From positions 3,596,001 to 3,660,000 of the forward strand of contig NC_043002.1 of NCBI RefSeq assembly GCF_006345805.1: a DNA stretch of 64,000 nt, in the 5' to 3' direction. Position numbers and translations under genes: made by a program. The notes below the pieces were generated by a model. The model made no database searches, was not told the origin of the DNA, and saw nothing but the letters and a program-made list of their open reading frames with translations. The stretch comes from Octopus sinensis. Taxonomy: Eukaryota. This document shows, piece after piece, positions 23,289 to 37,154 of this stretch (its first letter is position 1; each line of letters opens with the position of its first letter).

Positions 23289-24559
23289 CTGTAGACTATA
23301 GTTTTGATGCTACTTTGGTCATAATGAAGTCCGCCTGTGTGTTGTGAGTGAATTTGGTAGACAGAAACTTTGGAAGCCCGTCATGTATATGTGTTTGTTC
23401 CCCTTTCCCCATAACTTAGCAGTTTGGCAAAAGAGACTGATAGAATAAATTCCAGTCTTTAAAAAAAAATAATAAATATTGGGTTAATTTGTTTGACTAA
23501 AAACCCTTCAAGCTAAGTGCACTAGCATGGTCACATTTAAAATACTGAAACTAGTAAAAGTTAAAAAGTGTAGATACTGAAGCTGTGCCCCAGCATGGCC
23601 TCAGCCTCCAACTGAAACCAGTAAAAGATAAAAGAAAGATACTGAGAGAAATGATATCTAATTAGAGCTATTTTTACTGATAAGAAGGAAAAAGGTAAGA
23701 ATACGGCAGTCGTTTGGTTGATTGTATCAAAATGGAGTTTTCTGGAGATAAAGACATAAAGTGAAGTTATTGGGAAATCCTGTACCAATTGTAATTGGTA
23801 TTTCATATTCAGTTACATTAGTATCAAAGCAATACATTTTCTCACTGATGTCTTATGATTAATTGACAGTATGACTATCATCAAAATCTGTAATTGGCTT
23901 TCTTTAATTTCTCTTTGAATTAATTACTCACTAATGGTCTTTCTCACAACAAATAAATGAGATGACATTTTATCAGATCTTTGTACGCAGATATAAACTG
24001 GTTTCTTACAATCTTATATTTATGCAAAGAATATTTATAAATATGTTGTTTTTTTTTTTTTTTTTGAAAAAAAGCAATAACCTTAAAGTGTTATTAGTGA
24101 ATTGCTTCAGAAGTTTGTAATAATAGCAAACAACAATTATTACCAAAGAGATGTCCTTTGTTGATTCTTTGAAAAATGATGTATTTAAGAAATATTATGA
24201 TTTATTCAGAGAGTTTTAAAATTAATTACAGAAATTCCAAATTTATATCGCATATAAAAAGCAATGTGTGTGTGTCTTATTAGTGATGAGAGCAATATTA
24301 ATACGAAAAGGTGATCTTCATATCCAACCTGAAATGGATGATTTGTTAGAACACCAAATATTGCATTAGTAGCGTTGACAGAACCTGTCATATGGGCACT
24401 TGGTGCAGAAAAGCACACACCTAGATTGTAGCAGACAATGCCATTTAATGAAATAATTGGTAAGGAAATATTGAAGGTCATATAATATGTACATACAACA
24501 AGTGCTCTGCTTAAAGCAAGTGTCTTAACTCCAACTGGGACAAAGGTCCCATAGAAATA

Positions 24560-25741
24560 CAAGGGTGGGCTTAAAAGTTCATAGGCTGACTATGAAGGAG
24601 TGACTAAGAAGTGCTGTGAAATCTTACATACATTAATTTCAACCCTTCTTATTAATTACTGCATTGTTTCTTTCCAGATAAACTGACATCTGACCTTTCA
24701 AAAAAGACTTCAAAAGTAACTGGTAGTGACTTCTCTTGGAAATAGACAAAATCTGGCATCATGATGTTATCAAGTACCTGCAGAAAAGGGGTTTAGCCCT
24801 CAATAGCATTCATGCTGACATGGTTGCTACATTAGAGGATGATGCTCCAGCTTTATCAACAGTCCAAAAGTGGGGAGCAGAATTTAGGAGATGAAGGGAG
24901 TGTTTTGAAGATGACCCAATGTCTGGACATCCTGCAACTGCCACCACCGAGGAAAACCTTGATCGTGTTCACCACATGGTGATGGACGACAGGTGATTGA
25001 CCAGAAACCAAATAGCCAATGCTATTAGCATATCCCTAGACAGAGTTGAGAATATTCTGCACAAGGAACCTGGCATGACAAAGGTTTCTGCTTGGAGAAA
25101 TCCGACATTGTCTGAGGCAGATCCAGCTGATATCCTTGAACATTTCCTAACCCAGCATCAGTGTTGGGTTCATCACTTTGAGACAATCCATGCAGTGGGA
25201 AACACTCCTCCTCAACTGCTCCAAAGAAGGCCAAGGTCATTTCATCTGCAAGGAAGGTGATGGCCTCTGGTTTTTGGGGTGCAAAAAGGCATTGTGTTTA
25301 TTGACTATCTTCAAAAGGGCCACACCATCTTGCTCAGGCAGTTACAAACACCTAGGAAAACTAAAAAAAGGGGTCTTGTTTCATCTGGACAATGCTCCAG
25401 CATACAAGTCCTTGATTCCAATGGCTGCTATGTGTACTCTGGCTTTGAACTGGTCAACTACCCTCCCTATTCTTATGATTTTCCCCCGTCTGACCATCAT
25501 GTCCCCCAACTGGAAAAAACACTTGGCTGGGAAGCAGTATCACAGTGATAATAATGATGATGATGATGATGATATCATATTTGTTGTTGATGACTTTTTT
25601 TTGAGCCACAGGCTTCTTCATCAATAGGATCCAAGCACTGCAACATCAATGGATGAAGTGTGTGGTTGAAAAATAAACCACATTTGGTCACATTCCATGA
25701 GAGTATCTTGGTCAATGTATGAACTTTTCAGCCAGTCCTCA
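24560..25741 (+). mobile_element. Mariner remnant (irritans/Himar1-like), pseudogenised
   Basis: TIRs caagggtgggcttaaaagttcataggctgac / gtcaatgtatgaacttttcagccagtcctca, TA flanks. Frameshifted motifs VIKYL, SARKVMAS, GIVFIDYLQKGHTI, VLFHLDNAPAYKS, YPPYSYDFPPSD. Confidence 0.88.
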
Positions 25742-26149
25742 TATTTGTATATGTGTTTGTGTAAATGTGTGTGTGTGTGTGTGTGTGTATTCTTGTCTTG
25801 ACATCATATGATGATTGTAAATGAGCCTCACTGTTATACAAGTGATGTTATTCGTTTCCAGTCTTTCTTGAAAAATGTCTAGTCTTGAGGAAATATTGTC
25901 TCACCTTGTTTCCAGGTGAGATTTAGCAATTGGAAAGGTACCTGACTGTAGAAAATAAATCTGCCTCAAATTCCATCTGACCCCTGCTAGAATGGAAAAA
26001 TGGCCATTAAACTATGTTGTTGTTGTTGATAATGATGATGGTGGTGTAACAGCATTGTAGTCAACTGTTACAAGGATGAAGAAGATGCCTTAACGAGAAG
26101 TGATTACAGAGGTATCAGATTGCTAGACCAAGTCGTGAAAATTACAGTA

Positions 26150-26596
26150 AAGTGTTTTAGCCTAATTAATTAGGAACAGAATTAAAGTAGATGAGATGCA
26201 GTTTGGTTTTGGACTAAGGATAAGTACTACTGATGCCATCTTCTTAGGAGGATAACTGCAAGAGAAATATTCAGTTAAAAGTAAGCCATTTGTCGTGCAG
26301 TTTGACCTGGTGGTCTCTGAGGAAGCTAGGATTCGATGAATGGCTTGAGGAAACCATACAAGGGATGGACATAGAAGCTGTCAATAGAGGGAGTATTAAC
26401 CATGCAATCAGCAAGGAATTTAGAGTACATGTAGGAATTCACCAGAGCTTGCTTCTCAATCCCTTCCTATTCATCATTGTTCTCCAGGCCATAACAGAGG
26501 AATTTTAGACTGACTGCCCTTGGGACCTGCTATATGTTGATGGCTTTGTTCTCATAGCAGAATCTGTTAAGAATAGAAAAGAAATTTCAGATGTAG
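26150..26596 (+). mobile_element. RTE reverse-transcriptase fragment (pseudogene)
   Basis: DEMQFGF..STTDAIFL, EFRVHVGIHQSLLLNPFLFIIVLQAITEEF, DCPWDLLYVDGFVLIAES (degenerate YADD region). Confidence 0.85.
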
Positions 26597-26703
26597 AAAA
26601 TCGAACTGCACTCTTCAAAACTTGCACTAAGAATAAAAACAAGGTAAAATTACTCTCTGCTTTTATAGCAAGTTGGTGCAGGTTATTTATTGTCCCCCTC
26701 TGA
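26597..26703 (-). mobile_element. Isolated subterminal fragment of the 11214/34170 mariner family
   Basis: aaaatcgaactgcactcttcaaaacttgcactaagaat..aaggtaaaat..ctgcttttatagcaagttg.tgcagg matches 11626-11730 and 35761-35860. No TIR. Confidence 0.8.
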
Positions 26704-27355
26704 AAGAGGCAATGACAGGTGACCAAAACTTTTGGCAATATGCTGTGCTTGAGTAGAAGACCCATCAAACCAAGTGAAATCTTAGTCATGGCTGATGCTG
26801 GTGTCACGCAAATGGCACCCATGCAGGTGGCACGTAAAAAGCCCCTTTTGGGTGTTGGGCCTCACAGAGGCAATCACTAAGACCTTTGGCTTTATGTTGT
26901 GCTTGAGAAGAAGACCCATCAGGCCAAGCAAACTCAGTCGTGGCAGATACTGGTGTCACGCAAATGGCACTCATGCTCGTGGCACGTAAAAACACCTTTT
27001 GAGCGTTGGGCCTCATGGAGGCAGGGACCGAGACCATTTGGCATTATGCTGGGCTTCAAGCATTGGGCCTCACAGTGGCAGTGACCAAGTCCCTTTGGCA
27101 TTATGCTGTTCTTGAGAAGAAGACCCATCAATCCACGTAAAACCACAGTTGCAGTAGATACCGGTGTCACGCAAATGGAACCTGTGCCAGTGGCACGTAA
27201 AAGTACCCATTACACGCTTAGAGTGGTTGGCATCCAGCTGTAGAAACCATATCAAAAGACACTGGAGTCTGGTACAGCTTTTCAGCTTGCCAGCCCTGGT
27301 CAAACCATTCAACCCATAGCAGCATGGACAACGGACTCTAAATAATGATGATGAG
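26704..27355 (+). mobile_element. RTE ORF2 terminus / 3' UTR with ~160-bp internal tandem repeat and (GAT)n tail
   Basis: The unit gaggcaat..gacc.agacctttggc..tatgctgtgcttgag.agaagacccatc..ggtgtcacgcaaatggcac recurs about three times. Confidence 0.8.
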
Positions 27356-27632
27356 GATATGTGTGTGTGTATACAAATATATATATATATATATAAAATA
27401 AAATACAAAATGGGACAACAAAACATCCTGATAGACAATACAAAAAAACACGGACAGGTCATTCAAAGCCTTTTATCTTCAGTCAAGAACCGGATCATCC
27501 TCGCAATTTCAGCTGATTAATCTTGAGATTACTCCAATCTGGCCAGCCCCAAGGAAAAACTAAGCTAAGAGCATTAGATTGCTTGGAAAAAAGCGACATA
27601 TATATATACAAATATATATATATGTGAATATA

Positions 27633-27920
27633 GTTGGCAAGGGTGAATGGAGTGAGGTGGTTTGGGCATGTGTTGAGGAGGGATGAAGAGGATGTTCTGA
27701 GGAGGGTGATTGCATTTGAGGTAAATGGAGTGCAAAAGCAAAGTAGACTGAGGAAAAGGTGAGGTAGCGGAGATTGGGAGGGTTGGTTTGTAAAAAGAAG
27801 GATGCCCAAAACCAGGCAAGATGGTGTGTGGGTGGTTGCTATGGCATTTGAGGTAGATCTGGCCACCCCCATTAATGGGGACAAAACTTGGATTTAAAAC
27901 AGTGGATGATGATGATGATG
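27633..27920 (+). mobile_element. 3' end of a second RTE lineage
   Basis: Translates LARVNGVRWFGHVLRRDEEDVLRRVIAFEV. Ends ggatttaaaacagtg(GAT)n. Confidence 0.8.
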
Positions 27921-28798
27921 AAAGAGTGAGAATGAGTGCTCAACACTGTATTGGTGGATAAAGATTCTTTATTTGCTGGTTGACAAGGCGACAATTGTGA
28001 CAATCTTTTCACATGAAACCATTGGTAGCCTTGTTAACCCACAAAGAAAAAAAATAAATAGATGTGCATGTGTATATATGTATGTATAAATATGTAAATG
28101 TATACATGTATGTATATATACACATGTATATATAAACAAATCAATTTGTTACACCTTTTGTACTCAGACATGTTTTATTTTATCAGACAGTTATATTAAC
28201 ACCCACAAATCTTCCATTTCTATATACTTCACTGGTTTTACCTGGGATTTGATTAAATTCTGACATTGAATCTGACAAGGTGTTCATATCTTTATCCTCT
28301 CTCTAACGTCACTAACACCTTCTTTAAACACAAATGCCTTTTAATCCTAAATGAACCGTTAAATCCTGCATCAAAACATCAATACACACACACACATACA
28401 TTTTTATTGATATTTATATATATACATATATACATACATATATATATATATATGTATGTATATTTATTAATGTGCAAGTATGTATGTATATATATATATA
28501 TATATACACACACAGAACACGTTCTTTTTTTTTTTTTTTGTGTATTTCCTCCCAGACACAGGTGTGGCATTTTATCTTGCATCAGTGCATATCTTGGTTC
28601 TTCAACGTCTGCAGGTTGAGGGATGTCCAATTAAGCTACATATGTTGTCCTTATATACCAAATGAAAAGTATTAAACGCTTTTGTTGTTGTTAGCTACCT
28701 AACAACGAAGTTAAACACACCACAAACTACTTCTGTCTCCTTTGAGTCTGTTTCCTTTTCATCTAACTCCTAAATTCCAGACAATCTCTCTCTTTCTT

Positions 28799-28829
<31 letters not shown>

Positions 28830-29140
28830 TTCTTTCTCTCTCTCTCTCTCTCCCTCTCTCTCCCCTTCTCCCTTCCCATTGTAGTCAGGTTCAACATTTT
28901 GGAATTTGTATTTTCATGATTGATCTTCTTTCCATGTGGTTTTGGGTTCAGTCCCACTGCAAGGCACCTTGGGCTAGTCTCTTCTGCCACAACCCCATGC
29001 AGATCTTTTCAGTGAAAGAAGACCATCACCACTGGCCGGTCTGGGTTGTCTTCTCTCATATTTGTTTATTTATACAAATTATGTTCTTCTCATTTTGTAA
29101 ATGTCTATGTCCCTTGGCTACTTGACATAAGGTCAGACAA

Positions 29141-29775
29141 TTTATTTCTTTATTGCCCACTGGGGGTTAAACAGAGAGGGGACAAACAAGGACAGACAAA
29201 GGGATTAAGCTGATTACATTAATTCCAGTGTGTAACTGGTACTTATTTAATCGACCCCGAAAGGATGAAAGGCAAAGTCGACCTTGGCGGAATTTGAACT
29301 CAGAACGTAACGGCAGACGAAATACCAATTTCTTTATTACCCACAAGGGGCTAAAGACAGAGAGTATAAACAAGACAGACAAACGGATTAAGTCGATTAT
29401 ATCGACCCCAGTGCGTAACTGGTACTTATTTAATCGACCCCGAAAAGATAAAAGGCAAAGTCGACCTCGGTGGAATTTGAGCTCAGAACGTAGCAGCAGA
29501 CAAAATACCACTAAGCATTTCGCCCAGCGCAATAATGTTTCTTATTTCTTTATTGCCCACAAGGGGCTAAACACAGAGGGGATAAACAAGGACAGACAAA
29601 GGGATTAAGTCGATTACATCGACCCCAGTGCGTAACTGGTACTTATTTAATCAACCCCGAAAGGATGAAAGGCAAAGTCAACCTTGGCGGAATTTGAACT
29701 CAGAACGTAACGGCAGATGAAATACGGCTAAGCATTTTACCTGGCATGCTAACGTTTCTGCCAGCTTGCCACCCT
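29141..29775 (-). mobile_element. Head-to-tail trimer of family B SINEs
   Basis: Three tails atttctttatt(g/a)cccac at ~29141, 29328 and 29544. Only the rightmost copy keeps the complete 5' head. Confidence 0.88.
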
Positions 29776-30159
29776 GTAATTGTGCAGCTGATAACACCTA
29801 CTGAAGCAGAAACACATCCCCTCTTATCTCCAGACAATAAACCTGTCTCCTTCTCCTTAATGGCATGTCAGTTTTGGAGAAGTTCTTGGTTCTGGAGATT
29901 ATCTTCCCTTCTCATATGGAGTTGGCCTCAGTTGCCATTTGATAATTCTGACATATCCTCTTGAAGTGAAGATGGTTTTAATAAATCCAAGAATTCATGT
30001 TGTATGGTATTTGATATACCTTTATTTGTCTATATTGTTCAAATAAATGCCAATGGTCACTTTGAGTTATCTCTCTTGGCTAATTTGGCTTTTAGGTCTG
30101 TTCTGCCTTTGTGAGCTTTTAGATCTAGCATAACCTGTAGGAATAGCCAGTTGCATCCT

Positions 30160-30510
30160 CACCAACTGCGTCACCATCACCACCATCCCTGTCATCACTG
30201 TCATCATCTACAACAACATCGTCCTCATCATGGCCACCTCCACCACATTATTATAGGCAGTGTTGTCATCATTATCATTATCCACCATCATCATCAGGAT
30301 GATTACCACTACCACCACTATCATCATTATCATCATCATGATCACCAGTACCACCACTGCCACCACCATCAACTCCATCGTCCTCATAAACCCTTTATTT
30401 TATCCATGACAGTTGCATCTGGCCTAACTGATTAGAACATCAGTCCATCTACAGTTTATATTCTATCTTCATCACCATCATCATCACCACCATCATCACC
30501 ATCACCTCTA
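30160..30510. repeat. (CAT/CAC)n degenerate trinucleotide microsatellite
   Basis: Direct reading; gives the His-rich pseudo-ORF 30151-30435. Confidence 0.85.
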
Positions 30511-31499
30511 CCATGAACCATCCCAATGGCTGGTAGACCCACCAGCTGTAAATGTGTAACATAGCAAGGCAGCACGGCTCCCTGCTGGGAACCACAAAAG
30601 CCCCTCCCTAACAAACTGATAAAACATTTCTACAGCTTGCAACAGGGGCTTGGACAGGGCACTTGCCCTGGGTGTTCAGGCAGATCTTGGATGCTGGGAT
30701 TCCTTGACTATCCTTAGGGGTCTTCCTGTATAAAGTGGACCACATCACTATCATCCTTCTTTTTTTTTTTGTTTTATACTATTCTTTTACTTGTTTCAGT
30801 CATCTGACTGTGGCCATGCTGGAGCACTGCCTTTTTTTTTACTAGGTTTGCTTCCCTTTTTGTTTGTTTGCTTTTCATATACCATGTATACTTTCTTTAT
30901 ATTCTTTTTTAAAATTTTATTTCTATCATTTCTTTATATGTAAACCCCCCATACTTTTATGCCTGTCCTTGTATTGTCACCCCCCCTCGTCTTTTGCCCC
31001 TGTGGCAAATAAAAGAAATCATCATCATCATCATTATCGTTGTCGTCATCACTGTTATTATATAACTGCAGCCGTGTGCTCTCTCCTAGAATACACTAAT
31101 GATACCTCTTATTGTTCCAAGAACAATCCATCCTGAATCTCATATTCTCTTGTTGCGTTGATGGGGGAGGTAGGGAAGCTGCGTGTGTGTTTCCTTTGTG
31201 GAATAGTTTATGGCAGGTGAGAATAGAACAGCAATAAGGTTGAAGGGAAATACCTCAGGGAAACAGTTTGAACTCTAGATAACACAAATACAGTAGGGTT
31301 TCACGTATATGATAAAGGGATTTGACTACCTGAGGTTATTCATGTAATTAACAGCTAAAAACTCCCTTTATTATCTTTTACTTGTTTCAGTCATTGGACT
31401 ACAGCCATGTGGTCTGTAGCCCTGAAGAACTTTTAGTCGAATGAATCAACCCCCACTGCTTGTATTTTTTTAAGCCTGGTACTCATCCCCTTAGCTCAT

Positions 31500-31900
31500 C
31501 ATCATGATCATTTAAGGTCCACTTTCCATACTGGCATGGGTTGGACGTTTTGACTGAAAACTGGTAAGATGGTGCACTAGGTTCTGATCTGATGTGGCAA
31601 GGTTTCTACAGCTGGATGCCCTTCCTAATGCCAACCACTCCAAAAGTGTAGTGGGTGTTTTTTATGTGCCACCGGCACAGGTGCCATTGACCTGACACCG
31701 GCATCGGCCATAGTTACAGTCTCACTTGGCTTGACAGGTCTACACTAGCATGGTATATCACCAAAGGGCTTGGTCACCTGTCACTGGCTCTATGGGGCCC
31801 AACCCTCGAATGATGCTTTTTATGTTCCACTGGCACAGGTGCCAGTCAGATGGCACTGGCATCAGTCATGACTATGATTTCACTTGGTTCAACAAGTCTT
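31500..31900 (-). mobile_element. RTE 3'-end fragment (family C) nested in a family A SINE (31375-32160)
   Basis: A tail at 31375-31490 and A head at 31955-32160 (both minus strand) flank a C-type segment. Confidence 0.65.
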
Positions 31901-32813
31901 CACAAGTATGGCATTTCCCTTTTGCCAAACTGCTAAGTTATGCAAATCTAAACACACCAATAGAGTTGTCAAATGGTGGTGGTGGGACAAACACACATAC
32001 ATATACAGTGGGCTTCTTTCAGTTTCCAATGGCCAAATCCACTCCTAAGGCTTTGGTTGGCCCAAGGCTTATAATAGAAGACACCTGCCACGCAGTAGAA
32101 CTGAACCCAGAACCGTGAGGTTGGGAAGCAAGCTTCTTATCACACAGCCACACCTGTACCTATGAAATGATTAAAATCTAAATGTAACAGGCAAAGGGAT
32201 TCATTGTGATACCATCAGCCATGGTGATAATAACTCTGTCATCACTGATCTAAAGCGATAACTCCCATAATATCAGCTAAGGTAATAAATCAAGTAAAGA
32301 GATACCTGGCAATATCAATGGAGGTGATAATCAATATCAACAGGAGAGATAAATACAATGATATTAGTCAAAGAGATGATTCCAGTATTATCAGATAAAG
32401 AGATAACTGTAATATCATCTGATGTGATAACACCATTGATATCAACAAACAAGATAGAGGACTCCGTTATAGGTTGTGGAGCGTTGAGATGTGAGATCTC
32501 ACATAAAAGAGATGGGGGGGGGGGGTTAATGCCATGTAGAGGGGGAAAAGGGAAGGTTTAATGCTGTTTAAAGGGGGAGGGAGAGTTTGATGCTATCTAG
32601 AGACTGGGGAGGAGGCTGCAAACAGAGGAACGAAGACGGAGACAAAAAGTTGCTGTGGTGTGAACTCTCAACAACCTGCGACTTACTTTCTAGATAACAT
32701 GTGGCGTTATATATCATTGCTCTACTTTCGTTGCTGCACAACATGTGGTATAACTATGGTGTAGGAAAATATTCCGTTATAACCAGATAGAATTCCAGAG
32801 TTATTTGCAAATA

Positions 32814-33229
32814 GGTGCAATTAAGGATGTGTAGTAAGAAGCTTGCTTCCCAACCACATGGTTCCGGGTTCAGTCCCACTGTGTGACACCTTGCACAAGC
32901 CTCTTCTTCTATAGCCCTGGGCAGATCAAAGCCTTGTGAGTGGATTCAGTAGGCAGAAACTGAAAGAAGCCTGTCAGGTGTGTGTGTGTGTGTGTGAGTA
33001 TGTGTTAACATGTCCTGGTTTTGGCATCATGTGATTGGTTGTAAACAAGTGTCACTGCCATACAAGCAGTGTCCTTCATTTCCTATTTTCAGTGAAAACA
33101 TATTTTGTCATGTGGAAACATTGCTTTATTTGAAAAGCAGTGGGGGTTGGCAACAGGGAAGGCATCCAGTTGTAGAATGTCTGACCCATATGAGCAAGCA
33201 AAAGAGGATTTTAAAACGATAACGATGAT
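32814..33229 (+). mobile_element. CORE-type SINE with aggaagggcatcc / (GAT)n 3' part
   Basis: Head gtagtaagaagcttgcttcccaaccacatggttccgggttcagtcccact; 3' ggcaacagggaaggcatccagttgtagaa..aaaacgataacgatgat. Confidence 0.75.
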
Positions 33230-33604
33230 TCATATCTTTGTCATCGTGGGACTGAGGTGGACCAGAAGTATGGGGTCAGTGACATCACATGAATGGCTGA
33301 GGGGCATTGCCAGAAGGAGAGCAATGAAGGAGGTCATGTGAACGAAGGGATGACTATCAAGGGCCTCCTTTTACCTTGGAGCTGTCGCTCAGGATGGACA
33401 TGGTGGCCACATGAGTTGTGGGAATTTGCTGTTAGGTTCTGGTCAGAGGTTAGACAGGTACGGTTTCTATGGATATATCCAGGCTAGAAAGGGTTGATGT
33501 TGCCACAATCTCACCAATTATGATCCTAGCTACTAATTATTATCTAATAATTAACAGTTTTCACACTATTTTTGGATTGTTAGATCTTCCCTTCTGTTTG
33601 ATCT

Positions 33605-33890
<286 letters not shown>

Positions 33891-33914
33891 GTTTAACAAT
33901 ATATATGTATTTCT

Positions 33915-34145
33915 AAGGCAGCAAGCTGGCAGAAACGTTAGCATGCTGGGCGAAATGCTTAGCGGTATTTGGTCTGCTGTTACATTCTGAGTTCAAATTC
34001 CACGAAGGTCAACTTTGCTTTTATCCTTTTGAGGTTGATTAAAGAAGTACCAGTTACATACTGGGGTCGATGTAATTGACTTAATCCCTTTGTCTGTCTT
34101 TGTCCCCTCTGTGTTCAGTCCCCTGTGGGCAATAAAAAATTAATT
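33915..34145 (+). mobile_element. Family B SINE with 13-bp TSD
   Basis: TSD tatatgtatttct at 33902-33914 and 34146-34158. Confidence 0.88.
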
Positions 34146-34169
34146 TATATGTATTTCTGTATGTATAAA

Positions 34170-35921
34170 TTGGGTCATCCCATAAATAATGCGGTTTTTT
34201 ATGCTTATATATTTTTCAAAATTAAGATAAATAAAATTCTTTTCCAATCTAAAATATACTCTCCTTCATTTTCTACATTGCTCTTCCATGTATCTGGTAG
34301 ACTTGCAAGGCTCCTTTTCCAAAATTCATTTGTCCATGACAAAAAATACTCCTCCAGTACTATTCTGACTTCGTCTACAGAATTCATATTTTTTCCATCC
34401 AAATGATTTTGATGACTGTCAAATAAATGATAGTCAGATGGAGCAATGTCCAGTGAATATGGTGGGTGGAGCATCGTTTCCCATTCAAACTGCTCCAGCC
34501 TTTGGAATGTCATCCTCACTGTATGTGGCCAAGCATTATCCTGATGAAAGAACACCTTTTGTCTTGAAACCAAAGATGGTCGATTTCCTTCTAGCGCTGA
34601 CTTAAGCCACTCAAGCTGCTCACAGTAGATCTCCTTTGTTATCGTTTGGTTCAGGTTTAAAAGTTCAAAGTGGACTAAACCATTCTTACCCCACCAAACA
34701 GATTACAACACATTATGTGGGTGAAGACCTGGGGTGCTGGTGTTTCTCCTTTTCTTACCCATTGACTTTGGTGCTTGACATTTTTATAGAGAACCCATTA
34801 TTCAGTCCAAAAAAGACTCATTCATGAGATGTGACAGCAAAGAAGAGTACACATTCATTCTCTGCATGCGATTACATTAGGAAAATTTGTGAGGGACCCA
34901 TTGATTCAATTTTCTGACTTTTCCAGTGGCACACAGGTGTTGATGAATGACCAAATCTAAGTTTCACTGCTAGTTCTAAAACAGTTACAATGAGATTTTG
35001 TTCCATCAGGATTTACAGGACGTCCTCGTCAAACTCTACAAATCTTCCAAGACAAGGCTTGTCTTCTAGGCTGTAGTTTCTGGTTCGGAATTTCTGGAAC
35101 CACCATTGATACTAGCTTATGTTTATTGTCTGATCCCTATATAATGCATTAATATTCCTTACACTTTCTGTTCTATTATTTCCTTTATAAACTCATAAAA
35201 CAAAATATGCTGAATATGCGCTGGGGAAACTTTTTAGTGTGGCAAGCAAAAATTTACAAAGAAAAAGGTCCACAGGTGGATCACAAGTTCTAACTCTTAA
35301 ATCTGTGTAAATCTTGTATATATCTATGTCTAATTCGATATACATTAATAAAGATAAGTTTAACACTTAACATCTTCATTAACGCTGCCACTGGATTTAG
35401 GACGTTTATATTACTTATGAGGTATTCTATATTTTTCAGCTAGAGTGTAGTTGGGTCTCAAGGAGGTGATACAAACTTAGCAATATGTGTTTTGTAGTGA
35501 AAACAAAATTTCCATTCAAATGGCAATTACCGGACGATTTTCTATATGAGTCTAACTGTTTTAAATTGTAGTGGAAATGTGACCTATGTTGTAAATAGGC
35601 ATACGAATATTGTATAAATTTTATAATTGATAAATTTACTATATTTTGTACATATGAGTATATCAGCCTGTGGGCAGAATAAAATGGGCTCACAGGTGCA
35701 ATTGCACCCATGAGCGGGGGTTTCCTCACCCCTGAACTATAGGTTTGAAAAATAACTGTTAAAATCGAACTGCACTCTTCAAAACTTACACTAAGAATAA
35801 GTGCAAGGTAAAATTACTAACTGCTCTTATAACAAGTTGATGCAGGTAGTTTATCCTATCCGTCTCTGACTTTTACTACATGCAATTGAAAAAAACTGCA
35901 TTGTTCGTGGGATGACCCAAT
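34170..35921 (-). mobile_element. Near full-length degraded DD34D mariner (same family as 11214-11775) with a ~520-bp foreign insertion
   Basis: TIRs ttgggtcatcccataaataatgcgg / ctgcattgttcgtgggatgacccaa. C-term ORF 34205-34573 FHQDNAWPH..HPPYSLDIAPSDYHLF with 34 residues between D and D. Homology to copy 1 breaks at ~35221 and resumes ~35740. Confidence 0.9.
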
Positions 35922-36627
35922 ATAAATGCATGTTTGTGTGAACGTTAGAATGTATTTATGTCATTTCTGGTGGACTTTATATAGCAACACTGCAAAATAA
36001 ACACTGAAAATGTAGAAGATAATATGTTTGTGTAAGAAAGAGAAAGCGTGTATTGATTCGAAATCATATATTTCATATATGTTGTTGTTGTTGTTGCTGT
36101 TGCAGTTGTTGTTGGTGCAGTTGTTGTTGTTTGCCCTCAATTTGTCATTTGTTCCACAACAGAAAGAATGACAATAATACACGAGACAAGAGTTATAAGT
36201 TATATCTCTGTAGATTGAAAGCTTTGTTGTTTTGCAGTCGTTGTTATTGTGAGAGATGGAAAAAAAAAAAAAGTTTGCCAAGATCAACTTCAGAAGAAAA
36301 AAAACCAACAACTGCCTTCCAGAATGGGAGCTGCAGTGTTGTTCTTGCATCTATTACGAAATAAAACTGGAACCAGAATGCATTAACTGCCTGACCTTCT
36401 CTTCTTCAGCTATAAAATGAAGACAGAAGTATGTTAACAGCTGGTCTTTCACATCACTTTAGACAGGCTGTGTGTCCCGCATAGGACACTCCTGCTGTCT
36501 CCAATATGGTGAAGCGACAATGGAGCTTTTACAACAACAGAAGCTGTTCCAAACTTGATGTTTTATAACACAATATGTTCAACTATATCTTCAACTTTTT
36601 TTATGAATCGCTTACCTTCCATTAATT

Positions 36628-36762
36628 TACTACTACTACTACCACCACCACCACCACTACTACTACTACCACCACCACCACCACCACCACCACTACTACT
36701 ACTACTACTACCACCACCACCACCACCACCACTACTACCATTACTACTACTACTACTACTAC
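36628..36762. repeat. Alternating (CTA)n/(CCA)n microsatellite
   Basis: Direct reading; gives poly-L/P and poly-S/G pseudo-ORFs. Confidence 0.9.
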
Positions 36763-37154
36763 CTGTTGTTTTATGTCTGGAATAAGTGACACTTTGTTTC
36801 ATTGAAATAAAGGAGTATTCAACAAAGATTTGAGTAAAAGAAGGTGAAACAACATGGAACTGAAAGGAACATTGAATTGATCAAAATACTAATTAGTTTT
36901 TAACTGTTTTTCTTTCTGTGGAGAACATTTAAGTTCAACAAACAACAGACAGGAAATTTTGACTGATAATGAAAGTCTATCTGTGCAATAACTTTTGTGA
37001 CTTTTTTTATTTTTCCATGATTGAGGAACCCATGAGATCCTCTTAGCACAGCAAATTGATTTTGACCAGCAAAAGTCTTTTGGTCTGATGGACCCCCAAC
37101 TCTCCTAAGAGCAACAGACAACCAGTCATGCATGAATGCATTAGCAATATTGTA

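Noticed and set aside
30151-30435. His-rich protein
   Set aside because: (CAT/CAC)n microsatellite translation.
36555-36802. Pro/Leu-rich and Gly/Ser-rich ORFs
   Set aside because: (CTA)n/(CCA)n microsatellite translation.
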